From an uncultured delta proteobacterium (GTDB taxonomy: Bacteria > Desulfobacterota > Binatia > UBA9968): 64,000 bases of DNA. The notes beneath the pieces were generated by a model that was given only the letters and a program-made list of their open reading frames with translations, made no database searches and was not told the DNA's origin. Below, one piece after another: positions 38,830-49,249 of the stretch. Location of the stretch: positions 96,001-160,000 of the forward strand of contig CAVYTU010000014.1 of NCBI GenBank assembly GCA_963771465.1, in the 5' to 3' direction. Numbering within the stretch: position 1 is the first letter of the stretch; each line of letters begins with the position of its first letter. The position numbers were made by a program, and so were the translations under genes.

Positions 38830-40521
38830 TCACGCGTGCCCGTTGCGAGGATAGCGCGCATTGCGTAATACCGTCCCTGAAGTCGCACCGGTAGGCTTTT
38901 CGTGATCGAGCACTACCTCCCCGTTGACAACGGTGTAATGGATACCATCGGCCAGTACACGCATCCTCCATCCATTGTGCGGAAAGTCATGGACAACTTC
39001 TTGTCGTCTCGGCTGCACCGTGTTGGGATCGAACACAACCAAGTCTGCCGCCAATCCCGGCCGCAACAACCCTCGATCATAAATTCCATAAGCCGATGCG
39101 GAATCGAACGTGAGGCGCCGAACGGCTTGCTCGAGCGACATAACTCCTTGTTCTCGCACCCAGTAACCCAGTAGTCTTGTGCTATAGCCAACTTCGGAAT
39201 GATACTGGACATGCGCGCCGCCGTCCGACAAACCTACTACCGTATAAGGACTGTTTAAAATTTCGCCGACGGAATTGCGATCGGTATTTCTGTGGCAAAA
39301 ACCAAAGACGGTATCGAGTTTTTCCTGCACCGCCAAATCAAGAAACGCGTCTAACGGCTCCTTGCTCTGCATTGCGGCAATCTCACTAACCCGCTTTCCT
39401 CTCAGTTGCTGGTTTTGAGGTAAGGCAGTGTCATCGACCATGAGTATATCCCAACGCTTATCGAAGCCGTTGTCCGGAAGATCGAGATCGGCGCGTAGTT
39501 TCTCGCGCATCGCCGGATCATTGTACATGCGCAACTTCTCGTCGTCTGAGACCTGCATGATGGCCAGCCAGTTAGGCATTTGGCGGAAGAACTGGGAATT
39601 TTTCAAATTGAAGAGAATCACCGCGCTGTTTGGAGTGCAAAGCGGCACGGCTCGTGTCCCTTCTTTATAGCGCTCTTCGACAAGGTTGAGATGCTCTCGC
39701 CAGCGGCGCGGCGCGTGCAGGCTATGGGTAATGCTGTTGTACATCAAGGGGCGGCCCGAGACCCCGGATAGCCGGCTCATTAAGCCCTGCTTGAGTTCAG
39801 GAGCGGCGCCACCACCGCATTGCATGACCCCCGTGCCAACTTCTTGCAGCACTTGCGCCAGCGCCAGCATCTCCGCCTCCGGAGCAAACGCGGCAGGGAT
39901 CAGCTTCCCCCGTACGTCCAAATGACTCATGTTGCGCGAGACCGACAACCCAAGAGCCCCGGCCTCCAGCGCCTCGCGCACGACTCGCCGCATGACGTCG
40001 AGCTCACCCTCTGTCGCCGCGCGTTCCTGACTCGCTTCCCCCATCGCAAAAAGTCGCACTGCCGAGTGGCCAACCAACGTGCCCACGTTGATGGACAGAC
40101 GTTTGCCAATGGCGTCCATGTACTCGGGAAAAGTCTCCCAGTTCCACGGCACGGCTTCCCGCAAAATATCCATGGGAATGGCTTCCACTTCGGAAAGCAT
40201 GCCTGCCAATGTTTCATGGTCGTTAGGCCTGACCGGCGCGAGTGTCAGCGAGCAGTTACCGATGATGACGCTGGTGGCGCCGTGATAGCAGGAGTACGTG
40301 CAGAGCGGATCCCAAGTGACCTGCGCGTCATAGTGACAATGATTGTCGATAAAGCCGGGAGCGATGACGTTGCCCTCGGCGTCGATAACGCGCTTGGCCG
40401 GTCCGTCTAAACGGCCGAGCTCGACGATTTTGCCACCGCTGATCGCGACATCACCATGAAACGCCGGCATACCCGAGCCATCGATGATTCGGCCATTTTT
40501 TACGAGCAAGTCATAGACCAT
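38830..40521 (-). CDS. N-acyl-D-amino-acid deacylase family amidohydrolase
   Basis: APGFIDNHCHYD, GNCS, SDGGAHV, DRGLLRPG..ADLVVFD. Confidence 0.9.
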   Translation of the reverse strand: MVYDLLVKNGRIIDGSGMPAFHGDVAISGGKIVELGRLDGPAKRVIDAEGNVIAPGFIDNHCHYDAQVTWDPLCTYSCYHGATSVIIGNCSLTLAPVRPNDHETLAGMLSEVEAIPMDILREAVPWNWETFPEYMDAIGKRLSINVGTLVGHSAVRLFAMGEASQERAATEGELDVMRRVVREALEAGALGLSVSRNMSHLDVRGKLIPAAFAPEAEMLALAQVLQEVGTGVMQCGGGAAPELKQGLMSRLSGVSGRPLMYNSITHSLHAPRRWREHLNLVEERYKEGTRAVPLCTPNSAVILFNLKNSQFFRQMPNWLAIMQVSDDEKLRMYNDPAMREKLRADLDLPDNGFDKRWDILMVDDTALPQNQQLRGKRVSEIAAMQSKEPLDAFLDLAVQEKLDTVFGFCHRNTDRNSVGEILNSPYTVVGLSDGGAHVQYHSEVGYSTRLLGYWVREQGVMSLEQAVRRLTFDSASAYGIYDRGLLRPGLAADLVVFDPNTVQPRRQEVVHDFPHNGWRMRVLADGIHYTVVNGEVVLDHEKPTGATSGTVLRNARYPRNGHA

Positions 40522-40588
40522 GATTCTTCCTCCGTAGTCTAGAAGCCAACTATTAGGTTTCTGAGCGATACCACAGCCCATGAAAAAC

Positions 40589-40610
40589 TGTCAACGGCCT
40601 ATAGTTGACA
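40589..40610. promoter_or_regulatory. Inverted repeat carrying back-to-back -35 boxes, or an operator
   Basis: TGTCAAC-N8-GTTGACA gives TTGACA on both strands between divergent genes. Confidence 0.5.
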
Positions 40611-40674
40611 CGATCTGCGGAGTCGAGATATTTGTCGTCACCTAGAATCAAGCTGCATTGTCGGAGCACGCGTC

Positions 40675-41805
40675 ATGCCAAAACGTTTGCCTGCAAAGAT
40701 TTCGTTTCTCTCGTTTCTCATCTGGGCCTTCGTTCTCACATCCGTTGCCTTTGGAGCGGCGCCCAATGATGTCCTGTTGAAGGCTAAGCAAGAAGCTGAG
40801 TCCAGCGGTTACATCTTCGTCACCAGCCGTGACGAGATAATCGCCAAGGCCAAGAAGGAGGGACGACTTCGTGCGGTGAGCGGCCTCAGCGGGCCGGCGA
40901 TAAAACCGATGGTCGAGGCATTCAGGAAAAAGTATCCGTTCATCGACTGTGAGGTTGTGGAAATCGAGGGCACCGTGGCTTATCAACGGTTTCTCCTTGA
41001 ACTGAAAGCGGGGACATCCAAAAAATGGGATTCTACCTACCTCCCTTACGACAACTACAAGGCATTCCTTGCACATCAGATGAAATTCGACATTTTGGGG
41101 ATGGTTAAGGCGGGAATATTGGACATTCACCCAAGAATGGTAGACCCAGTCAACCGCAACACGGTCTCCGCCAACACGATCGCGAGCGTAGCGGTCTACA
41201 ATCGTAAGCTCATCGCGGAAGAGAAGGTCCCGTCCAAATGGGAGGACTTTCTCAAGCCCGAGTTTAAAGGAAAAAAATTTGCGGCGGATATTCGGCCGAG
41301 TTCGGTAGCTGCTCTGGTGCCGGCATGGGGATTGGAAGCGACGTTGGAATTCGCGCGCAAGCTGGCGGCGCAGGAACCGGTATGGGTCACGAGCGGAACC
41401 AGGGCGATTATCGTGGCGCAGTCGGGAGAGGCCGCCTTGGGTCTCGCGGTTCAGCAGAGCAGCATTAAACGGGTTCAAGCGAAGGATCCCACCAGTGTCG
41501 TAGGTTACAAGCTCGTGGAACCGGTACCTATCCGGGTGGTTTCGAGAATCGACGGTGTTTTGCAGATGGCTGAGAACCCGCACGCCGCTTTACTGTGGTT
41601 GGAGTTCGCCGCCTCTCCCGAAGGGCAAAAAGTGCTCGAGGATTACGGCCCGTCTCAGGCTTCCGTCTTTAAACCAGGCTCGGGAACCGAAAAGGAATTA
41701 CGAGGCAAGAAACTTTCAGAGGTCGACTGGGATCAATTCGGGAAACTGGACGAACATGAGGCTAAAATAATCGAGGCGTATGGATTTCCGAGGGCGGCGA
41801 AGTGA
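40675..41805 (+). CDS. ABC substrate-binding protein (Fe3+/thiamine/AfuA-like family)
   Basis: Signal peptide, AKKEG, P.KWEDFL.P.FKG, NPHAALLWLEF..S.EGQ. Confidence 0.85.
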   Translation: MPKRLPAKISFLSFLIWAFVLTSVAFGAAPNDVLLKAKQEAESSGYIFVTSRDEIIAKAKKEGRLRAVSGLSGPAIKPMVEAFRKKYPFIDCEVVEIEGTVAYQRFLLELKAGTSKKWDSTYLPYDNYKAFLAHQMKFDILGMVKAGILDIHPRMVDPVNRNTVSANTIASVAVYNRKLIAEEKVPSKWEDFLKPEFKGKKFAADIRPSSVAALVPAWGLEATLEFARKLAAQEPVWVTSGTRAIIVAQSGEAALGLAVQQSSIKRVQAKDPTSVVGYKLVEPVPIRVVSRIDGVLQMAENPHAALLWLEFAASPEGQKVLEDYGPSQASVFKPGSGTEKELRGKKLSEVDWDQFGKLDEHEAKIIEAYGFPRAAK

Positions 41806-41917
41806 AATGATCCAATGAAATTTTTCGCCGTTATGGGAGACACATCACGGCACGTAGCGTCGGTCCCGGGCAAACTTCAGGCAGCGACGACTCTAAGTTA
41901 AGTAGGGAGGGAAACCT

Positions 41918-43033
41918 ATGATATCAGAAACGCACGGACAGCGGTCGCGATTATTACTTTTATTTATCCTCTTACTTCTTGCGCCAACGTTGTTTGGCGA
42001 CGCTTTAGCTGCAACTCTGCCGGCCAATCTGGCTAATGATCCAGTCACCAAAGCTCTTGGGGCCGAAGTCATGAGTGCCGCAATAAAAGAAGGACGCGTG
42101 GTTTGGTATGCGGGCGACAATACCGGAGAATTTTTCCAAGCCGGCGGCAAAGAGGCTTTTGAAAAACGCTTCGGGATCAAAATGGAACCTGTGACTGGCC
42201 GCCTGCGCGAGCAGACCGACCGCCTGCGCGCGGAACATGCCGCCCGTAGAATAACCGCCGACCTATTTGACGGCGTTGACCAGTATCATATGGAGCTTTA
42301 CCGCGCCGGTGTGCTCGAAAAGTATACTCCCCCGGCGCCGACCCTCGCCGCTTACGACAAAACGGTTTTTACCAAGGACCCGGTCGGTTTCTGGACGCCG
42401 CTTTTTATCAGCGCTCAAGCGTTGATCGTCAATACCAACATGCTCAAGAAAGAGGAATATCCGAAATCCTATCAAGATATTCTTAATCCCAAATGGAAGG
42501 GACGTGTCGCCACGCGCGACCCCCGCAGCGCGGGGGGAGGTGGCTGGCAGTTCCTGCAGATGTACGACAACCCCAAGCTGGGCATTGAATACATTCGCAA
42601 GCTCAAGGAGATCGTCGACCCATTCATCGTTCCCGGTGGCAGTCGGGATATGCGCGACGCAGTTTTGACCGGACGCTTTCCGCTCGGCTTCAGTGGCCGG
42701 CCTGAATTTCTTACCGACGTGCCCAAAGGCTCCCCACTGGCCTACCTCGTGCCCAAGGAGGGAGTTACCTGGCTACCGCACTCCACGGCGTTGATAAAGA
42801 ACGCGCCGCATACTAATGCGGCCAAAGTCGCGCTGACCTGGTTTTATGAGATTCCCAACCTTCAGCTTTTGGCTAAGGAAGGCGGGCGCATGATCCCGCA
42901 TCCAAAAATCAAGATGCCCATTCCCGAAATGGAACTGTCAAACAACATCATGATGGAAGGTATTCCGTCGGAACATTTGGCCGATCCGGGCTTCTTTTTC
43001 AAAGAAATGGAGAAAGTCTTCGGAAGACGCTGA
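41918..43033 (+). CDS. ABC substrate-binding protein (same family)
   Basis: AAIKEG.VVWY, PKSYQDILNPKWKG, KNAPHTNAAK. Confidence 0.85.
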   Translation: MISETHGQRSRLLLLFILLLLAPTLFGDALAATLPANLANDPVTKALGAEVMSAAIKEGRVVWYAGDNTGEFFQAGGKEAFEKRFGIKMEPVTGRLREQTDRLRAEHAARRITADLFDGVDQYHMELYRAGVLEKYTPPAPTLAAYDKTVFTKDPVGFWTPLFISAQALIVNTNMLKKEEYPKSYQDILNPKWKGRVATRDPRSAGGGGWQFLQMYDNPKLGIEYIRKLKEIVDPFIVPGGSRDMRDAVLTGRFPLGFSGRPEFLTDVPKGSPLAYLVPKEGVTWLPHSTALIKNAPHTNAAKVALTWFYEIPNLQLLAKEGGRMIPHPKIKMPIPEMELSNNIMMEGIPSEHLADPGFFFKEMEKVFGRR

Positions 43034-43201
43034 TCGCTCGCAGGAAAATGGAACGAATGATGGAGTGGTGGAATTTTGGATTGACATCATAGCGGTTTAT
43101 CCGACACTGCCAGCTTCTATGCTTCCATCATTCCATTTTTCAGTGATTTCATCCCGTCACTTTTTAGTACTTTCCTGACGGTGTTGATTTCTTAACCGTC
43201 A

Positions 43202-44908
43202 ATGCTCTCCAAGTTAACTCTCGCTCTGCGCTCCTATTCGCAGGTCACTATTTTTTACTATCTCCTGTTTTTTGTCCTGATCTTCCTTGTCCTGTACCCA
43301 ATTTTGATGCTGCTCACCGCGAGCTTTTTCACCGGCCAACCGGGGGCATGGGGGCAATTTACCTTGGCGGGCTACCGAGAACTTTATGAAACAGAGGGAA
43401 TTGCGGAAATATTTTTTAACAGTTTGATTTACGCTTCGGCGCGCACAGGCATCAGTCTCCTATTGGCTTTGATCTTCGCGTGGGCGGTTGCCCGCAGCCA
43501 AATTCCCTATCGGGGTCTCATGGAGGTTTTGCTCCCGATACCCTTTTTTATACCTGACCTGCTTACAGCAATTTCATGGGTCATGATCGCCAACCCGCAA
43601 AATGGTCTCATCAATCAGTTTTTTTTCTCGTATTTTGGCGTGCGCGAACCCGTGGTGAACATTTACGGGTGGGGCGGGCTCATTTTTCACTCCGTTTTAA
43701 GCACGACGGCTTTTCTTTACCTGCTGCTGGTTGGATTTTTCTACAATATGGACCCGTCCTACGAGGAAGCCTCGACGGCCTGCGGCGCTAGTCAATTCTT
43801 AACCACCTTCAAGATCACGCTGCCGATGCTTTTGCCAGCCATACTGGGCGTTTCGATTCTTTCATTCATTCGCGGGCTAGAATCTTTTGAAGATCCCTAC
43901 CTCTTTGGCACGCCGGGCGGCGTTTACGTATTCGCCAATGAAATTTACCGCGTCCTGAGGCACCGCCATCCGCCCCAGTACAACGCCGCCACCGGGCTCG
44001 CCGTTATCCTCATGATCGTCACCTTCATTTTGGTCGCAACGCAGTGGAAGATCTTGGGCAACCGGCAATTCACGACGATCAGCGCCAAAGGTTACCAGCC
44101 ACGGCGCATCAAACCTCATCCATTAATCGGCTGGTCCATTTTTGCTTTATTCATTGTTTATTTCACACTGGCGATTCTCATTCCCTTGACACAAATCTTC
44201 GTTAGTTCGTTCTTCAAGGTGTTCGGTCTCTACAACCCGGAGCACTTCACCTTCGACAATTGGCTTAAGGTGCTCCGTGATCCACGCACCATGGGAGGCT
44301 TGCGCAATACGATTATCTTTTCCACCCTCGCCGCCGCCGGGGTGATCACTCTCGGCGGCTTTATCGGTTACATTCGGATTCGAACAAAACACTGGCTCGG
44401 ACCGACGATGGAACTCACGGCCTGGTTGCCCTGGACTCTACCTGGCATCGTGTTGGGATTGGCTCTGCTATGGGCCTGGATATCCCTGCCCCAACCCTTC
44501 AATCTCTACGGGACTTCAGCAATTGTCATCCTCGGCTTTATCGTCAACGGGCTTCCCCTGGGAACTCGCACCATGCAATCCGCGATCATGCAGGTAAGCA
44601 AGGACTTGGAGGAATGTTCCATGGTCCACGGCGCGTCTTGGCTCCAGACCATGGCGTACATCGTGTTGCCGTTGTTACGCATCGGAATTGCTGGTGCCTT
44701 CGTGATTGTCTTTGCGCTATCCGCGCGCAGCCTGACGATTCCACTGCTCCTATACTCTTACGGGACGGAGACTTTGACGATATCTCTGCTCTATTACTAT
44801 GAAGAAGGCTATCGCAATATTACGGCTGTCATTGCCGTGATCCAACTTGCACTGGTGATGGGACTGCTACTGCTTGAGAAGTTGACAAGGCCGCGCAGCA
44901 CAGATTGA
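43202..44908 (+). CDS. ABC permease, FbpB-type, two EAA domains
   Basis: DPSYEEASTACGA and DLEECSMVHGA loops, about 12 TM segments. Confidence 0.9.
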   Translation: MLSKLTLALRSYSQVTIFYYLLFFVLIFLVLYPILMLLTASFFTGQPGAWGQFTLAGYRELYETEGIAEIFFNSLIYASARTGISLLLALIFAWAVARSQIPYRGLMEVLLPIPFFIPDLLTAISWVMIANPQNGLINQFFFSYFGVREPVVNIYGWGGLIFHSVLSTTAFLYLLLVGFFYNMDPSYEEASTACGASQFLTTFKITLPMLLPAILGVSILSFIRGLESFEDPYLFGTPGGVYVFANEIYRVLRHRHPPQYNAATGLAVILMIVTFILVATQWKILGNRQFTTISAKGYQPRRIKPHPLIGWSIFALFIVYFTLAILIPLTQIFVSSFFKVFGLYNPEHFTFDNWLKVLRDPRTMGGLRNTIIFSTLAAAGVITLGGFIGYIRIRTKHWLGPTMELTAWLPWTLPGIVLGLALLWAWISLPQPFNLYGTSAIVILGFIVNGLPLGTRTMQSAIMQVSKDLEECSMVHGASWLQTMAYIVLPLLRIGIAGAFVIVFALSARSLTIPLLLYSYGTETLTISLLYYYEEGYRNITAVIAVIQLALVMGLLLLEKLTRPRSTD

Positions 44909-45147
44909 CCTGGATACCGTTGTTAAACCGCCGGGCCTGCGTGAGCGAGAGCAGAACATCGTATGCCGCCTCCCGTGGTTAGAGTTTACTTTCAGAGGTA
45001 GACCGACAGCACCTCGCTAAACTGGATGAGGCAATATCCAACAGTCTGCAAAATAGGGCGTCTATTTGACCACCCCTTGACGATCACCCACCATTCGCTG
45101 TTAGATAAGGAAAATGACATCGCCAACGAGGAGGTTCGCGGGCAACA

Positions 45148-45549
45148 ATGGCTATCCCTGGTGAAAAAGCGATACAAATGGTGCGCAGCGCGCACGCTCA
45201 AGCGGCAAAGTTAGACATAGCGGTAACTGCTGTGGTGGTCGATCCAAGCGGGCGCATGATCGCCCTCGGGCGTATGGATAGGGCGCGGCCGATCACGGTG
45301 GAGATCGCCATGAACAAGGCTTACACGGCGGCAAGCTTTCAGCAGCCGACCAAAGATTTGGCCGGCGTGGCAAATCAAGCTTGGTTTCAAAGTCTGGTGG
45401 TATCGAGCAACGGCAAGGTCATGCCGGGCGGCGGCGCGGTGCCGATTAACGAAGGCGGTAACATTGTCGGCGCCATCGCGGTCTCGGGCGGCACTGACGA
45501 TCAGGATCAGCAATGCGCCGAGGTAGCGCTGGCAAACTATCAAGGGTAA
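45148..45549 (+). CDS. GlcG/HbpS (PduO C-terminal-like) tetrapyrrole-binding protein
   Basis: AVVVD..G, RMD.A, IA..KAYTA, GGAVPI, GAIAVSGGT..QD..CA. Confidence 0.92.
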   Translation: MAIPGEKAIQMVRSAHAQAAKLDIAVTAVVVDPSGRMIALGRMDRARPITVEIAMNKAYTAASFQQPTKDLAGVANQAWFQSLVVSSNGKVMPGGGAVPINEGGNIVGAIAVSGGTDDQDQQCAEVALANYQG

Positions 45550-45634
45550 GATAGACACAGAGAATAGAGACACCTCGCTTTCCCTTCTCGGTCTCTAGCT
45601 CGTGTCTCTACCTGATTTAACCGGAGGACCTAAA

Positions 45635-46951
45635 ATGTCAAAGGCTGAAAAGCTGGAGCCATCGCCTAAAAACAACGGCAGCGCCGAATTCCCCACTCCC
45701 TATCTCGGTCGCAGCGTGCGTATCGTCGACAAGTTCGTCAACGTCGATATGAATCAGTCGCCGCATCCGAAGAATCAGCGCGGCGAGTTGGGTAAGCCGC
45801 TCTTCAACTGGTACCACAACACGGTGTCGAAAGACCCGCTCACACGGGTTTCTGCGCCGAATCATTTCGCCGACCGGCGCCATTTTCTGAGCACGGTGGT
45901 CAACCAAGCGGCCAAAGGCAAAGTCAATCCAAAGAAAGTTCCAGTAAGCGATCCCGCCGCAATGGCGCGCCATATCAAAGCGGTGGCGCGCTACATGGGC
46001 GCCGACATCGTGCAGATCGCCAAATCCCATCCGACTTATCTTTACGCCGTCGGCGGCGGCCGCTATGTGCAGGACGGCACGGCCAAGGACGAGCACGGCG
46101 CTGCCACGCCGGAAGACTTGGCGCGCAAGTTTCCCTACATCATCATGTCGACCACGGCGTGGGACTACGACAAACTGCAAGCGCACCGCCACCTGATCGG
46201 CGACTCCGCGTATCATATCTCGCAGATCAAGGGCAACATGATTCTGAAAGCGCTCGAAGGTTACATCAAAGAACTCGGCTACACGGCGCTGCGCGGCGTG
46301 GCGGTGCCGCAAGCCGTGGGCATCGCCTCGGGAGTTGGCGAACTGGGACGCAACGGGCTGGTGATCAACAAAAAGTATGGCGCCCGCGTGCATATGCCCG
46401 ATCCGATCATGACCGACCTGCCACTCGTCGCCGACGAGCCGGTCGACATCGGCGTCGAGGATTTTTGTAAGATCTGCCGCAAGTGCGCCAACACCTGTCC
46501 GACCAATAGCATCCCCTTCGGCGATAAAGTCGTCCACAACGGCGTCGAGAAATACAAAATCAATTGGCTCACCTGCTATAAGCTTCGCCCTTACGTCCAC
46601 GACCAATGGGGCAGCTGCCTCACCTGCGCCGCGGTTTGTCCGTACACCAAGCCGCAGGCCTGGTGGCACAATCTCGCGACTTGGTCGTTGCACAGTTGTC
46701 CGTTCGCCCTGCGGCCGATTCTCGTCCGGTTTCTAAAATGGATCGACGACACGTTCTGGGGCGTGGTGCGTAATGGCCGCGTGCAGTGGCTCGGCTACGA
46801 CTCGGGCGTGAAACCCGGCGAGCATGCTTGCACGGTCTCCGGATGCACCGCGTCGCACGAAAAAGCTGGAACGACCGCCGTCACCGGCAACGTCGGCTAC
46901 TACGCGCCGCTCAAGGAGAATACCAACCGGTTCGTCAAGCGAGACGCATAG
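45635..46951 (+). CDS. Reductive dehalogenase-like cobalamin/2x[4Fe-4S] protein, cytoplasmic
   Basis: HIKAVARYMGADIV, YIKELGY.A, GVGELGRNG, TDLPL, CKICRKCANTCP and C-X13-CLTCAAVCP; GGAGG RBS; no N-terminal Tat signal. Confidence 0.85.
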   Translation: MSKAEKLEPSPKNNGSAEFPTPYLGRSVRIVDKFVNVDMNQSPHPKNQRGELGKPLFNWYHNTVSKDPLTRVSAPNHFADRRHFLSTVVNQAAKGKVNPKKVPVSDPAAMARHIKAVARYMGADIVQIAKSHPTYLYAVGGGRYVQDGTAKDEHGAATPEDLARKFPYIIMSTTAWDYDKLQAHRHLIGDSAYHISQIKGNMILKALEGYIKELGYTALRGVAVPQAVGIASGVGELGRNGLVINKKYGARVHMPDPIMTDLPLVADEPVDIGVEDFCKICRKCANTCPTNSIPFGDKVVHNGVEKYKINWLTCYKLRPYVHDQWGSCLTCAAVCPYTKPQAWWHNLATWSLHSCPFALRPILVRFLKWIDDTFWGVVRNGRVQWLGYDSGVKPGEHACTVSGCTASHEKAGTTAVTGNVGYYAPLKENTNRFVKRDA

Positions 46952-47520
46952 TGGCGTTTAAAATTCCCTGGTCGGGCAAAGATTCGCACCGCGACGATCC
47001 CTACTGGGATTTTTTCATTAACACGGCGCCGGCCGATCTCACCAACACGGTGACCGAGCTGATACGCAAGGCGCCGGCGGGAAATATTTTTCCAACCAAG
47101 GCAGAGCTGCACTCGCCGGAGATCACATCGAGCCACGTCAAGGGCATGGCGCAATACTTCGGCACGGAGTTGATCGGCATCACCAAGCTTGATGCCAACG
47201 ACACTGGCAATACTGACAATCTTCCATTTGCTGTCATCTGCGCCGTCCATGCCGATTACGATCCGCGCCGCTCGCCCGGTATCGGCGGACAAATGCCGGT
47301 GCAAAACGGCTTGTTCATCACCTTCGTCCTGAGTGCCTGGATTAGAGAACTCGGCTATCGCGCCATCGTCGTCCGCGACGCCGACACCGACGCGCTCGCG
47401 GCACGAGCCGGATTAGGGACCTTGAATGGCCAAGGCCGACTGGTGACCCGCGAATTCGCCGCCGACGTCTACGTCGCCGACGCCATTTATACCGACTTGC
47501 CGCTCGCCGCGGACGGCTAG
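46951..47520 (+). CDS. Truncated Rdh-like paralog (cobalamin-fold domain only, no Fe-S domain)
   Basis: GTG overlapping the upstream TAG; HVKGMAQYFGTELIGI, WIRELGYRA, AGLGTLNGQG, ends TDLPLAADG*. Confidence 0.8.
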   Translation: MAFKIPWSGKDSHRDDPYWDFFINTAPADLTNTVTELIRKAPAGNIFPTKAELHSPEITSSHVKGMAQYFGTELIGITKLDANDTGNTDNLPFAVICAVHADYDPRRSPGIGGQMPVQNGLFITFVLSAWIRELGYRAIVVRDADTDALAARAGLGTLNGQGRLVTREFAADVYVADAIYTDLPLAADG

Positions 47521-47675
47521 GCCCGGCCATTGCAGATTCGATATTTCAGATTCCAAATTCCAGAAATCGATCGTCGACTTTTCACGTGATCGAACATCGC
47601 GCGAAATTCGAGCGGCCGTGCGTTCTCGCCTGAACCCGCGTTGAATCTGCATTTGGCTCGTGTACATTGTTCCAA

Positions 47676-49079
47676 ATGCGCCGCACCAAAATCGTCTGCA
47701 CCATCGGTCCCGCCAGTTCGTCGGATAGAATGCTCGAACGCTTGATCCGCGCCGGCATGAACGTCGCGCGGCTAAACTTCAGTCACGGCGATTATGCGTC
47801 GCACCGCCGAGTGATTCGCAAGCTGCGCCAGCTCGAGCGCAAACTCCACAAGCCGGTGGCGATTCTTCAAGACCTGCCCGGCCCGAAAATTCGCATCGGC
47901 GCGATCGCCGGCGACCGCGTGCGTTTGCAAACGCGCCATCTTTACACCCTCACCAGCAGAAAAATTCTTGGCACGGAGCTGGCCGTTTCGGTAAACTTTC
48001 CGGGCCTGACCCGCGCTGTGAAAAAAGGCGATCCGATTCTGCTCGGCGACGGTGAGATCGAGCTCGAAGCACTGCAAGTCAGCAAGGATGAGGTCAAATG
48101 CCGCATCATCGTCGGCGGCATCTTGGGCTCGCACAAGGGCATTCATTTTCCGCGTAGCAGTTTGAATATTCGCGCCCTCACCCGTGACGACAAGAAAGAC
48201 CTGGCCTTCGGCATCGCCAACAAAGTCGACATGATCGCGCTGTCCTTCGTGCGCAACAGCCAGGACATTCTGTACGCCCGGCGCGAGATGCATCAGCGCG
48301 GCGCTAATATCCCGTTGATCGCCAAGATCGAAAAGCACGAAGCGTTGGACGAGCTCGAAGGCATTCTCGAAAACGTCGACGGCATCATGGTCGCGCGCGG
48401 TGACTTGGGATTGGAAATCGCCCAGCAGCGCATCCCCGCCATGCAAAAAATGATGATCCGCCAAGCCAATCACCTCGGCAAACCGGTGATCACCGCGACC
48501 CAGATGCTGCGCTCGATGGTATGGAATCCGCGGCCGACGCGCGCCGAAGTCGCGGACATTGCCAATGCGATCCTAGACGGCACCGATGCGCTGATGTTGT
48601 CCGAGGAAACCGCCGCCGGCGAATATCCCCTGGAAGCGGTCAAGATCATGGCGCAAGTGGCCGAGGAAACCGAAATATTGCTCGAACCGCGCGAGCGCTT
48701 CGCTGGCCTGGCTAAGACCGTGCCCGAGGCGATCAGCGTGAGCGCGATCTCACTGGCCCGCGATCTGCAAGTCAAAGCGTTTCTGATACCGACCACTTCA
48801 GGCAGTACGGCGCGGCTGATCGCGCGTTATCGGCCGCGCCAACCGATCATCGCCGTCAGTCCCGATCCTCAGACGGTAAAAATGCTTTGCTTGGTTTGGG
48901 GCGTTTATCCGCAACCGACGCGCGGCTTTAAGAACACCGACGAGATGATCCGCGTGCTCCAGCAAAAGGCGCTCGAATCCGGCATCGTCAAACGCGGCGA
49001 CCTAGTCGCCATCACCGCAGGCCTGCCGCTGCACCAATCCGGCACCACCAATATGATCACTGCTAAAGTGATTGAGTAA
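47676..49079 (+). CDS. pyk: Pyruvate kinase
   Basis: RRTKIVCTIGP, ARLNFSHG, IAKIE, MVARGDLG, TATQML, PTRAE. Confidence 0.97.
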   Translation: MRRTKIVCTIGPASSSDRMLERLIRAGMNVARLNFSHGDYASHRRVIRKLRQLERKLHKPVAILQDLPGPKIRIGAIAGDRVRLQTRHLYTLTSRKILGTELAVSVNFPGLTRAVKKGDPILLGDGEIELEALQVSKDEVKCRIIVGGILGSHKGIHFPRSSLNIRALTRDDKKDLAFGIANKVDMIALSFVRNSQDILYARREMHQRGANIPLIAKIEKHEALDELEGILENVDGIMVARGDLGLEIAQQRIPAMQKMMIRQANHLGKPVITATQMLRSMVWNPRPTRAEVADIANAILDGTDALMLSEETAAGEYPLEAVKIMAQVAEETEILLEPRERFAGLAKTVPEAISVSAISLARDLQVKAFLIPTTSGSTARLIARYRPRQPIIAVSPDPQTVKMLCLVWGVYPQPTRGFKNTDEMIRVLQQKALESGIVKRGDLVAITAGLPLHQSGTTNMITAKVIE

Positions 49080-49249
49080 CAATTCATAATCACAAAGCGT
49101 AGCCTTAGTCAGGAGACTATCCATAGAGTCGCGGAACGATCCCTATCCGTACGACGTCCTTAACGTCAGCGAGGCGCTGCCTGCTTCCGCCTTGCATCAC
49201 TAGCTCACTTTGGGCTAGATAAGGCCACGTATACCGTCGGAGGTGTTCC

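Noticed and set aside
40648-41583. Long antisense ORFs (also 45638-46693, 10916-11677, 59285-60220)
   Set aside because: They fully overlap well-supported genes on the opposite strand; expected from GC-rich codon bias.
44909-45634. Cobalamin riboswitch upstream of the Rdh-like module
   Set aside because: No B12-box or GGGAA...GCCACTG-type consensus visible.
45870-45900. RRHFL as a Tat signal of the Rdh-like protein
   Set aside because: About 80 residues internal and not followed by a hydrophobic region.
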